Part shown: one piece after another, positions 1 through 7,312 of the stretch
Position numbering within the stretch: the first letter of the stretch is position 1
Layout of the letters: the number at the start of each line of letters is the position of its first letter
Source: Verrucomicrobiota bacterium
GTDB taxonomy: Bacteria; Verrucomicrobiota; Verrucomicrobiia; Verrucomicrobiales; DEV007
NCBI GenBank assembly: GCA_045046875.1
Contig: JASFYY010000097.1
Span: forward strand, 1-28,906
Length of the DNA stretch: 28,906 nt
Direction of reading: 5' to 3'
The notes under the pieces: model-generated
Told to the model about the DNA's origin: nothing
What the model saw: the letters and a program-made list of their open reading frames with translations, nothing else
The model's database searches: none
Position numbers and translations under genes: made by a program

Positions 1-2
1 GG

Positions 3-506
3 GGTTTTGGCGAACCTTCCCTGATCAAATTTCAAGAACGCTACCTTATAACCATCCGCAGCAACACCCGGGCCTACGTGACATCCGGCAGTGACGGCTT
101 GAACTATGAAACCCCCAAAGCCTGGACCTTCGATGACGGCAAAGAACTCGGCTCTTACAATACCCAGCAACACTGGATCGCCCACAGCGACGGCTTGTTT
201 CTACTCTACACCCGCCGTGGAGCCAACAACGATCACATCAATCGCCATCGTGCCCCTCTCTTCATCGCCCAGGTCGATCCTGCCAAACTCCAGGTGGTGC
301 GTGAAAGCGAACAAGTCCTCGTACCCGAACGTGGAGCCATGATGGGTAATTTTGGAGCCACCAACGTCACGGCAGCCGAATCCTGGGCCGTCGTTTGTGA
401 ACACTTCCGCAAAGACGAAGCCCGCCAACGCGGAGCGAAAGGTGCCTTGTTTGTTTCCCGAGTGATCTGGTCAAAACCCAATCGATTGGTCAAAACAAGT
501 AGGTGA
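3..506 (+). CDS. Sialidase/BNR-repeat (exo-alpha-sialidase-like) beta-propeller protein, 5'-truncated by the window edge
   Basis: The frame is open from base 3 (GFGEPSLIKFQERYLITIRS...). It has an EPS...R segment, an Asp-box-like SGSDGLNY and LGSYNTQQHW...LYTRRGANNDHINRHRAPLFIA, which I recognise from PVC 'sialidase family' proteins. Stop TGA is at 504-506. Confidence 0.7.
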   Translation, partial: GFGEPSLIKFQERYLITIRSNTRAYVTSGSDGLNYETPKAWTFDDGKELGSYNTQQHWIAHSDGLFLLYTRRGANNDHINRHRAPLFIAQVDPAKLQVVRESEQVLVPERGAMMGNFGATNVTAAESWAVVCEHFRKDEARQRGAKGALFVSRVIWSKPNRLVKTSR

Positions 507-520
507 CTTGCCTCTTCTTT

Positions 521-562
521 CCTAAAGCCTAAACCCCTACAACCTAAACACCTACAGCCTAC
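521..562. repeat. Degenerate 7/8-mer tandem repeat (CCTAMA-based)
   Basis: cctaaag cctaaacc cctacaa cctaaaca cctacag cctac, lying between two convergent genes. Confidence 0.75.
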
Positions 563-604
563 CCACCTTCCCCCCTTGACCGCCAAAGCCTCGGCGAAGG
601 AGGT

Positions 605-1693
605 TCACACCGTCTCCCCCCGTACGAATTCCGGCATCAGGCGAATCGCATGAGCTGGCAAAATCCCCGTCTCCGCCAGTTGCCGCGCGGCGGCGGAAAC
701 GCGTTTGGCATAACGCTCAGGATCATTGGAATAACGCGTGATCGCCGGTCGCAGGGCTTCCAGGAAAATGTCGTCATCACGGGATATGACCGCCACATCC
801 TGTGGAATACGTTTACCCTTATTCAAGAGATGAAAAACAAGCGTCAAGGTATGCAAAGCACGCGCCACCACAAATGCGGTGGGTGCATTCTTCTGCTTCA
901 GGGCAGCATCAACCAGTTTGCACAAATGCTCAGCACTGCCATCATGCCGCAGCACCTGCATGCTGGCATTTTTTGAACTTGCTACTAGTTCCTTTAAACC
1001 CATCTCGCTATCCGCGTCTCCACCAAAAACATCCTTGGGCAAGACCAGCGCGATCCGGCTATGCCCCTTGCGTAACAGCACCCCGCCCGCATGGTGACAC
1101 ACCGCCCGGTGATCAGCATCTATGGAAGGCAGCATGATGTTCGGCCTGGAGGATCCCATCACCAGACAAGGTGTTTTTTTGCGCACAAACCAACGTTCGG
1201 TGGTTTCCTTGGAATAAAGTAACATCCACACATTGCTGGCATTGCGGCTCACCAGTTTCTCCAGGGCACGTGAAGGTTTTGCCGAATAACAGGCTTTGTC
1301 ATGATGGATACGCATGGAAAATCCCGCTCGCGCCAAGGTCCTCCTCAGCACATCCAATAACAGCAAGATCGATGGGTTCAAGCCAGTTAGAGGTGCCGAA
1401 GAAATAACTCCGACCACCCTTTTTTTATCATCATCGTTCAAATCAGACTTTTTCTTTTTGATCCGTCTATTCTTGCCCTGGGTGACTTCCAGCAAACCTT
1501 CCCGCTGCAATTCCTTAAGCGCCGTGCGCAGCGTCGTGCGCCCGACTTGCAATTGCTCGCTCAAAACTCTCTCTCCAGGTAGAATCTCCCCCCATTGTCC
1601 CGCTTCAATTCCACTGCGCAAACTTTCCACCGTTTCGGCAATGAGCGAGCAACGTTGAGGCAATCCCGTATCTACTGAATTTTTCCCTTTCAC
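605..1693 (-). CDS. Transcriptional regulator with GntR winged-HTH and LacI/periplasmic-binding-type effector domain (AraR-like architecture)
   Basis: N-terminal LPGERVLSEQLQVGRTTLRTALKELQREGLL is a GntR HTH. C-terminal LPSIDADH...LLRKGHSRIA...IPQDVAVISRDD is a LacI-type sensor. The ORF track starts at 1729; a GTG at 1693 or TTG at 1663 is more plausible, so the start is uncertain. Confidence 0.9.
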   Translation of the reverse strand: MKGKNSVDTGLPQRCSLIAETVESLRSGIEAGQWGEILPGERVLSEQLQVGRTTLRTALKELQREGLLEVTQGKNRRIKKKKSDLNDDDKKRVVGVISSAPLTGLNPSILLLLDVLRRTLARAGFSMRIHHDKACYSAKPSRALEKLVSRNASNVWMLLYSKETTERWFVRKKTPCLVMGSSRPNIMLPSIDADHRAVCHHAGGVLLRKGHSRIALVLPKDVFGGDADSEMGLKELVASSKNASMQVLRHDGSAEHLCKLVDAALKQKNAPTAFVVARALHTLTLVFHLLNKGKRIPQDVAVISRDDDIFLEALRPAITRYSNDPERYAKRVSAAARQLAETGILPAHAIRLMPEFVRGETV

Positions 1694-1714
1694 TGGTTTT
1701 ATTATAAAACCAGT
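1692..1714. promoter_or_regulatory. Candidate operator for the adjacent GntR-type regulator
   Basis: Perfect inverted repeat ACTGGTTTTAT-T-ATAAAACCAGT (11+1+11) in the divergent promoter region, containing GntR-like TGGT...ACCA half-sites. Confidence 0.6.
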
Positions 1715-1761
1715 ATAGCCCGCTTGCAAAGCACGGATGCAAAAAGGATTATATTAACCCT

Positions 1762-2517
1762 ATGGCCCCCTACTCCGCAGAAAAACAAGCTTACGACAAA
1801 CATGGTTTCACCATTGTGCGTGGATTCCTCAATGATTCAGAATTAAACGAGCTGCAGGAAAACCTGAATCGTTACATCCGTGAAGTCGTTCCGACTTTGC
1901 CGGACTCAGATGCTTTTTACGAAAGTCGTGAGCAACCCGAGACGCTGAAACAGTTGCAGCACATGGGAGCCGATCCGTATTTCCTACTCTACGGCCAGCA
2001 TCCCAAATGGAAAACTCTGGCAGAGGCTCTGGTCGGCGAACCGATCAGCGACTCACAACCTGAATGGTTCAACAAACCGCCCGGCACGCGTCACGTCACT
2101 CCGCCACACCAGGATAACTATTATTTCTGTCTCAAACCATCCAATGTGGTCACCATCTGGTTGGCACTCGATACCGTCGATGCGGAAAACGGTTGCCTGC
2201 GCTACTTGTCAGGTTCACACCAACAGGGCTTTCGTCCTCATGCCAAGTCCAATACTCTGGGATTCTCGCAAGGCATCACCAGTTACACTTCGGATGATTT
2301 CAGCAATGAAATAGCAGCCCCCTTACAAGCAGGTGACGCAGTGGCCCACCATGGAATGACAATTCATCGCGCGGATGCCAACATGTCCACTACGCGTCAC
2401 CGCCGTGCCCTGGCGATGGTCTGTAAAGGGGTTTCCTGTGAGCGAGATGAAAAAGCTTTTGCTCGATATCAGCAAATGATGCAAAAACAACATCAGGAAG
2501 TTGGTATCAAAGTCTGA
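1762..2517 (+). CDS. Phytanoyl-CoA dioxygenase (PhyH) family Fe(II)/2-oxoglutarate dioxygenase
   Basis: YDKHGFTIVRGFL start, KPPG...TPPHQDN (HxD), TIWLALD...ENGCLRYLSGSH, distal His in HGMTIHRA and RRA. No signal peptide. Confidence 0.92.
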   Translation: MAPYSAEKQAYDKHGFTIVRGFLNDSELNELQENLNRYIREVVPTLPDSDAFYESREQPETLKQLQHMGADPYFLLYGQHPKWKTLAEALVGEPISDSQPEWFNKPPGTRHVTPPHQDNYYFCLKPSNVVTIWLALDTVDAENGCLRYLSGSHQQGFRPHAKSNTLGFSQGITSYTSDDFSNEIAAPLQAGDAVAHHGMTIHRADANMSTTRHRRALAMVCKGVSCERDEKAFARYQQMMQKQHQEVGIKV

Positions 2518-2575
2518 AAAACTGTAGCCTGATCCCTTTTCCCCTTACGAACAAATCCATCCAATCAAGCCCGAC

Positions 2576-3334
2576 ATGCAAAATACCCCCACCCTACCAC
2601 TCAGCGAGCTCTACAAACTCAAACGTTGGAACACTCCCACCATCTACAATGGTTGGGAACAAGTCACCCAACAAAACCCCGCGGCTGACGCCTTCAACAT
2701 TGAAGAAACCCACGACTTCATGCCGCAGATGGGTCCCATGGTGGGGTACGCGGTCACCCTGGTGATCGAACCCAGTAATGAGGAACACCGCCAAACCAAT
2801 CCAAATGCCGGCGCGGAGTATCGTGAATACATCGCCAGCATTCCAGGACCAAAAATCGTCGTCGTGCAGGATCTCGACAAACCCCGGGTATTGGGATCCC
2901 ACTGGGGAGAGGTCAACGCCAACCTGCATCGCGCTTTTGGTTGTGTCGGCACCATCACCGACGGCGCGATCCGCGACGTGGATGAGATGTGTAATGCCGG
3001 ATTCAAGGCACTCGCCCAACGTCTCTGTGTCGGCCATGCTTTTGTTCATCCGGTGCGCTGGGGTTGTGAAGTGGAAGTCTTCGGTCGCACAGTAAAACCC
3101 GGCGACCTCATTCACGCGGATCAACACGGTTTCATGACCATCGCTCCGGAAGACCAGGCAGGATTGCTCGACGCCTCACGTTTCATGGATGAAAACGAAT
3201 GCAAAACCGTGATCCCTGCGATTAGGGCCTCGGCGGATAAAAGTGCCGCTGATTTGTTAAATCATGTTGAACAGTCCATCGACCAGTTCCGAAACAACGT
3301 GCAGACAAAATTCAACAACACTGGTGAATGGTAA
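2576..3334 (+). CDS. RraA family / HMG-CHA-type class II pyruvate aldolase-like protein
   Basis: NTPTIYNG, MVGYAVT, WGEVNA, GTITDGAIRDVDE (conserved RD) and VKPGDLIHADQHG. Confidence 0.88.
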   Translation: MQNTPTLPLSELYKLKRWNTPTIYNGWEQVTQQNPAADAFNIEETHDFMPQMGPMVGYAVTLVIEPSNEEHRQTNPNAGAEYREYIASIPGPKIVVVQDLDKPRVLGSHWGEVNANLHRAFGCVGTITDGAIRDVDEMCNAGFKALAQRLCVGHAFVHPVRWGCEVEVFGRTVKPGDLIHADQHGFMTIAPEDQAGLLDASRFMDENECKTVIPAIRASADKSAADLLNHVEQSIDQFRNNVQTKFNNTGEW

Positions 3335-3370
3335 AAACATTTCTCTCTCCGTGTTAACCTACCTGTTTTT

Positions 3371-4618
3371 GTGAACCCCCTCATCATCATTCTATCGATC
3401 ACCGTGACCTGCTTCAGTGTGTCCGTAGCACGCGATCTACACGTCGATCCATCTCAAGGCAATGATTCTAACGATGGTTCCTCGCAATCTCTGAAAACCA
3501 TCAAGCGCGCTATCCGGATTGCGCAGCCCGGTGATACCATCCACCTCAAACCTGTTATCTATTACGAATACGCGGGATTCCACAACAAACGAGGGGAAGC
3601 GGGAAAGCCTATCACCCTCGCCGGTCATGGCGCCACTCTCGAAGGCTCTGATGCGATCGATCCCTCCACCTGGCAAGAAGTGAGCCCGGGGTTATTCAAA
3701 AACGGGCAACTCATGCCTACACTCAATCGCGCTATTTTATGGCGATGGTTTTTCCTCTTCAACGGGAAAATCAATCGCATGGGTCGGGTCATGAAAGGCA
3801 AAAGCGATGAATTTAAAAAACCAGAAAGCTTACAGGAAGGCGAATGGACTTTTGTGGCGGCAGGCGAACCCAGTTCCGCAAGTGGCGATTCACAAAAAGC
3901 ACCTGGCACTTTTTATCTCAAAATCAAATCCGGCCAAAACCTGGCGGAAGCCAGGATCAGATACCCGGTGAGACCCGCAGGCGTTATTTTTAGCGGTGAC
4001 AATGCCCACCTCGTCATTCGCAATCTCACCGCAAGCCACCCCTACAACGACGGTTTCAATATCCACGGAGATTGTCGCGATGTGGTCTTTGAGAATATCC
4101 GCGCCATCGAATGTGGCGATGACGGCATCAGTGCTCACGAAAGCGCACAGTATCGGGTCAACGGTCTGGTTTCCATCGGCAACGGCACCGGCATCTGCGA
4201 CACCGGCAGTAGCCAAACCTCTTATAAAAATCTGTTCATCGCCGACTGCGTGGGTGTGGATCTCTATTTTCTCGATACCGGACGTTACTCGATCGACAAT
4301 GGCATCGTGCTGTCTTCCGCGCAAAAGCCGCTGATCGTGACCGGAGGATCCAAGGGTTCTTGTGAATTAAAAATCAACAATCTTTTCATCAGACGAATAG
4401 GCACACCTCAAGCTGCCGTCATTGCTATCAATTCCAGTCTATTCGCCAACAAACTCACTCTGGACAATCTCGATCTCAAAATCACCGGTAAAGCAGAATT
4501 CGAAAACTGCCTGATCAACGGGCACCCTAATCCAAAGGATGCAAAAGCACCGGGAGCTGATCTAAAAACTCTTGTGAAAACCCTCGTTCCAAAAAAATAT
4601 CAAACTCAATTACCCTAA
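3371..4618 (+). CDS. Exported right-handed parallel beta-helix protein (polysaccharide lyase/hydrolase-like)
   Basis: GTG start and hydrophobic signal peptide. LHVDPSQGNDSNDGS..LKTIKRAIRIAQPGDTIHL is the typical beta-helix N-terminal cap, followed by NDGFNIHG, DDGISAHE and NGTGICD coils. Confidence 0.8.
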   Translation: MNPLIIILSITVTCFSVSVARDLHVDPSQGNDSNDGSSQSLKTIKRAIRIAQPGDTIHLKPVIYYEYAGFHNKRGEAGKPITLAGHGATLEGSDAIDPSTWQEVSPGLFKNGQLMPTLNRAILWRWFFLFNGKINRMGRVMKGKSDEFKKPESLQEGEWTFVAAGEPSSASGDSQKAPGTFYLKIKSGQNLAEARIRYPVRPAGVIFSGDNAHLVIRNLTASHPYNDGFNIHGDCRDVVFENIRAIECGDDGISAHESAQYRVNGLVSIGNGTGICDTGSSQTSYKNLFIADCVGVDLYFLDTGRYSIDNGIVLSSAQKPLIVTGGSKGSCELKINNLFIRRIGTPQAAVIAINSSLFANKLTLDNLDLKITGKAEFENCLINGHPNPKDAKAPGADLKTLVKTLVPKKYQTQLP

Positions 4619-4620
4619 CA

Positions 4621-6267
4621 ATGAAAACCCTACTTAACTCGTGGCAAGCGGAGCGCTCGCCCTACAATCCCAAACGACACGCACAACTCCATTGTAGGGA
4701 GGCCACCCCGGCTGCCTTCCTAATACTAACTGCCATATTATTACTCCTCCCTCACACTCAAGCCGAAGAACAAACCTTTTTCGCATTCGATGACCACAGC
4801 ATCCCATGGCAACACAACTTAAAAACCACTCTGGTCCAGGCCGATAAACATCCTGACAACCCTGTGCTGCTGCGTGGACCGAAAGGCGCCCCCGATAACG
4901 CCCACGCCATTCTCTACGGCACAGTCATCAGGGATAAGGACAAATTCCGCATGTGGTATCTCGGCAATTTTGATACAAAACAACTGAAAACACCAGCTCC
5001 AAAAAACTGGCGCCCCATGTGTTATGCCGAGAGCAAGGATGGCATTCACTGGAGCAAACCAAATTTAGGTTTAGTGGAATTTAATGGCAATACCAACAAC
5101 AATATCTGCCTCATCCAGGGCAATCCACAATCACTGACACTCGTCAATGATTTCCTCTCGGTATTGCATGACCCCAGTGATCCCGATCCATCGAAGCTCT
5201 TCAAGGTTGCTTACATCGCCCATGTGCCCTACGAGGAAATCGCCGGTGGCATGAGCAGCATAGGCAGGAAAGAAAAAAACATCTGCTCCACGATCTGCGC
5301 AACCAGCGCTGACGGCTTGACTTGGAAAGTTGTCGGCGACCGCCCGGCAAATGCAGGTGGCGAGCGTTTTGAAGTCAGTGGTCTCTATCGCTTTGGTGAC
5401 TTTTATTATTCCACCGGACAAATTATCGGCCCTTGGTCGTGGCAGACCGACGGGTCATTCCGCAAAGATCCTAAACGCCCTGACCCCGACCGCGTGATGC
5501 GGGTGTATCGCTCTGCAGATTTCAGCTCGTGGTCACAAGCCACTGCGCTGAGCTTTGCCCGTCCCGGACAGCTTGCGAGCCCATCCGTCAGAGGTCAACA
5601 GACGCACATGGGGGCAGGCATGTGGAATCGCGGCAAGGTCATGCTTGGGCTCTACGGGCAATGGCAGGACGCCGCCGAGCCACCTGCCAAAGGCCATGGT
5701 TTTAATGAAGGGGTTCACATAGACCTTGGCCTCATTGTGAGCAATGACGGCATTCATTTCCGCGAACCGGTGGCGAACCACAAAGTCATCGCCGTAGGAA
5801 AAAAAGGCGAATGGGATGACGTAGCTTTGCTCCAGGGGCATGCCTTTGTCAATGACGGTGATAAAACGATGATCTGGTATTCTCACTGGGATACCAGCGG
5901 CCAAGGCAAACCTATGGAAATCGGTCTGGCAACTTTGCGCCGGGATGGTTTTGGATATTTATCCGCCCAGGAGGATGACAACGAAGCCGAGTTCATTACC
6001 GACTTCTTTGAAGCGGATGAAAAAACCAGGATCTCTCTGAATGTAGATGGATTGTCACCCGATGCTCCTCTCGAAATCGAACTGCTCGACCACCTTGCCA
6101 AACCCCTACCAGGATTCTCTGGTGCCGATGCGGTGAAGATCACCGACAACGGCACGCGCCAAGCCATCACCTGGGCAAAAAAAATACCCAGTGGAAAACT
6201 TGCGCTTAGAGTAAAATACCCCAGCGGCAGCAAAGCCAAAGTATATGCAATCTATCTAAATGAGTAA
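4621..6267 (+). CDS. Exported Asp-box beta-propeller protein, putative glycoside hydrolase
   Basis: Four Asp-box-like motifs (SKDGIHW, SADGLTW, SADFSSW, SNDGIHF), NPVL, FRMWY and IGLATLRRDGF before a C-terminal beta-sandwich. The signal peptide is unusually long and ends TQA. Confidence 0.7.
   Translation: MKTLLNSWQAERSPYNPKRHAQLHCREATPAAFLILTAILLLLPHTQAEEQTFFAFDDHSIPWQHNLKTTLVQADKHPDNPVLLRGPKGAPDNAHAILYGTVIRDKDKFRMWYLGNFDTKQLKTPAPKNWRPMCYAESKDGIHWSKPNLGLVEFNGNTNNNICLIQGNPQSLTLVNDFLSVLHDPSDPDPSKLFKVAYIAHVPYEEIAGGMSSIGRKEKNICSTICATSADGLTWKVVGDRPANAGGERFEVSGLYRFGDFYYSTGQIIGPWSWQTDGSFRKDPKRPDPDRVMRVYRSADFSSWSQATALSFARPGQLASPSVRGQQTHMGAGMWNRGKVMLGLYGQWQDAAEPPAKGHGFNEGVHIDLGLIVSNDGIHFREPVANHKVIAVGKKGEWDDVALLQGHAFVNDGDKTMIWYSHWDTSGQGKPMEIGLATLRRDGFGYLSAQEDDNEAEFITDFFEADEKTRISLNVDGLSPDAPLEIELLDHLAKPLPGFSGADAVKITDNGTRQAITWAKKIPSGKLALRVKYPSGSKAKVYAIYLNE
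4643..4717. repeat. GTAG-type REP doublet inside the 5' end of a CDS
   Basis: The reverse complement of 4643-4667 (ttgtagggcgagcgctccgcttgcc) matches 6271-6295 at 24/25 positions. A degenerate second copy, ttgtagggaggccaccccggctgcct, lies at 4692-4717. Confidence 0.8.
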
Positions 6268-6270
6268 TAT

Positions 6271-6333
6271 TTGTAGGCCGAGCGCTCCGCTTGCCTTCAC
6301 TGAATCTCGACAGGTGAAGCGCCTGCCCTACAA
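6271..6333. repeat. GTAG-type REP doublet (REPIN-like)
   Basis: ttGTAGgccgagcgctccgcttgcct ... gacaggtgaagcgcctgccCTACaa: two inverted GTAG-plus-hairpin units just after a stop codon. Confidence 0.85.
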
Positions 6334-6383
6334 CCCTCACCACCCTGTCCACAAGCAAACCCTCACCCCATAATTTGGAAGCC

Positions 6384-7262
6384 ATGCCTATTTTGATCAT
6401 CACCCGGTATTTTTGCATAGCCCACATGTTTGTCTTATTGCTCTCAGGCATGTCTGTGCTTCAGGCTGCTGAAGCGTCCATGACACTATGGCCGCAAGGA
6501 GCCCCTGGCGCACTTGGCATGGCTCAGAAGGACATACCTACACTCACAGCTTATATCCCGGATCAACCCACCGGATCAGCCATGTTACTCATTCCAGGAG
6601 GTAGCTACAGCGGCATTTTTGAAGGACAGGCAAAACCCTTTGCGATTTGGCTTAATAAACAAGGTATCACGACTTTCGTTTTGCGCTATCGGCTCGGAAG
6701 CGCGGGATACCGTTATCCAAGCCAACTGCAGGATGCCGTGGAAGCCATGCGTCACATAAGAGGTAATTATGAAAAATGGCAAATTGATACCAAGCGGATA
6801 GGAGTGATGGGGTTTTCTGCGGGTGGTCATTTGGTATCGTCACTGCTCACCAATCCGAAAGACGGTGATATTGAATCTGAAGATGAGCGCAGTAAAATCA
6901 GCTCTCGACCGGATTTAGCAATTCTCTGTTACCCGGTCATCAGCATGATTACCAAACCTCATAAAACTTCGCGCAAAAACCTTATCGGAGAATCGCCTAG
7001 TGACGATCTTGTTCGTAAAACTTCAAGTGAACTACAGGTGAAACCCGGCCTACCAGCCTGCTTCGTGTGGCATACAAACGAGGACAAAATGGTTCCACCC
7101 GATCACAGTCTGAATTTTGTCACCGCATTACGTGAGTTTAGTGTGCCATGTGAATTTCATCTCTACCAATCCGGGAATCACGGAACAGGACTGATTGGTA
7201 CGAAACATCCATGGCTGAACGACCTCCTGTTTTGGTTGCGGGGTCAGAAATTCATCAATTAA
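6384..7262 (+). CDS. Exported alpha/beta hydrolase (BD-FAE / acetyl esterase-like)
   Basis: PGGSY oxyanion loop, LRYRL, GFSAGGHL nucleophile elbow, RPDLAILCYPVI, Asp in EDKMV and His in GNHG. The start could be 6375, 6384 or 6426. Confidence 0.9.
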   Translation: MPILIITRYFCIAHMFVLLLSGMSVLQAAEASMTLWPQGAPGALGMAQKDIPTLTAYIPDQPTGSAMLLIPGGSYSGIFEGQAKPFAIWLNKQGITTFVLRYRLGSAGYRYPSQLQDAVEAMRHIRGNYEKWQIDTKRIGVMGFSAGGHLVSSLLTNPKDGDIESEDERSKISSRPDLAILCYPVISMITKPHKTSRKNLIGESPSDDLVRKTSSELQVKPGLPACFVWHTNEDKMVPPDHSLNFVTALREFSVPCEFHLYQSGNHGTGLIGTKHPWLNDLLFWLRGQKFIN

Positions 7263-7312
7263 GTTCACGCTATGCAAACAAATTTATCAAAACCCCATTA
7301 CCCACTTAGCAT

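Noticed and set aside
2576..3334. Annotation as menG methyltransferase or RNase E regulator
   Set aside because: There is no SAM-binding motif, menG is a legacy mis-annotation for this family, and the RD motif and catabolic context favour an aldolase.
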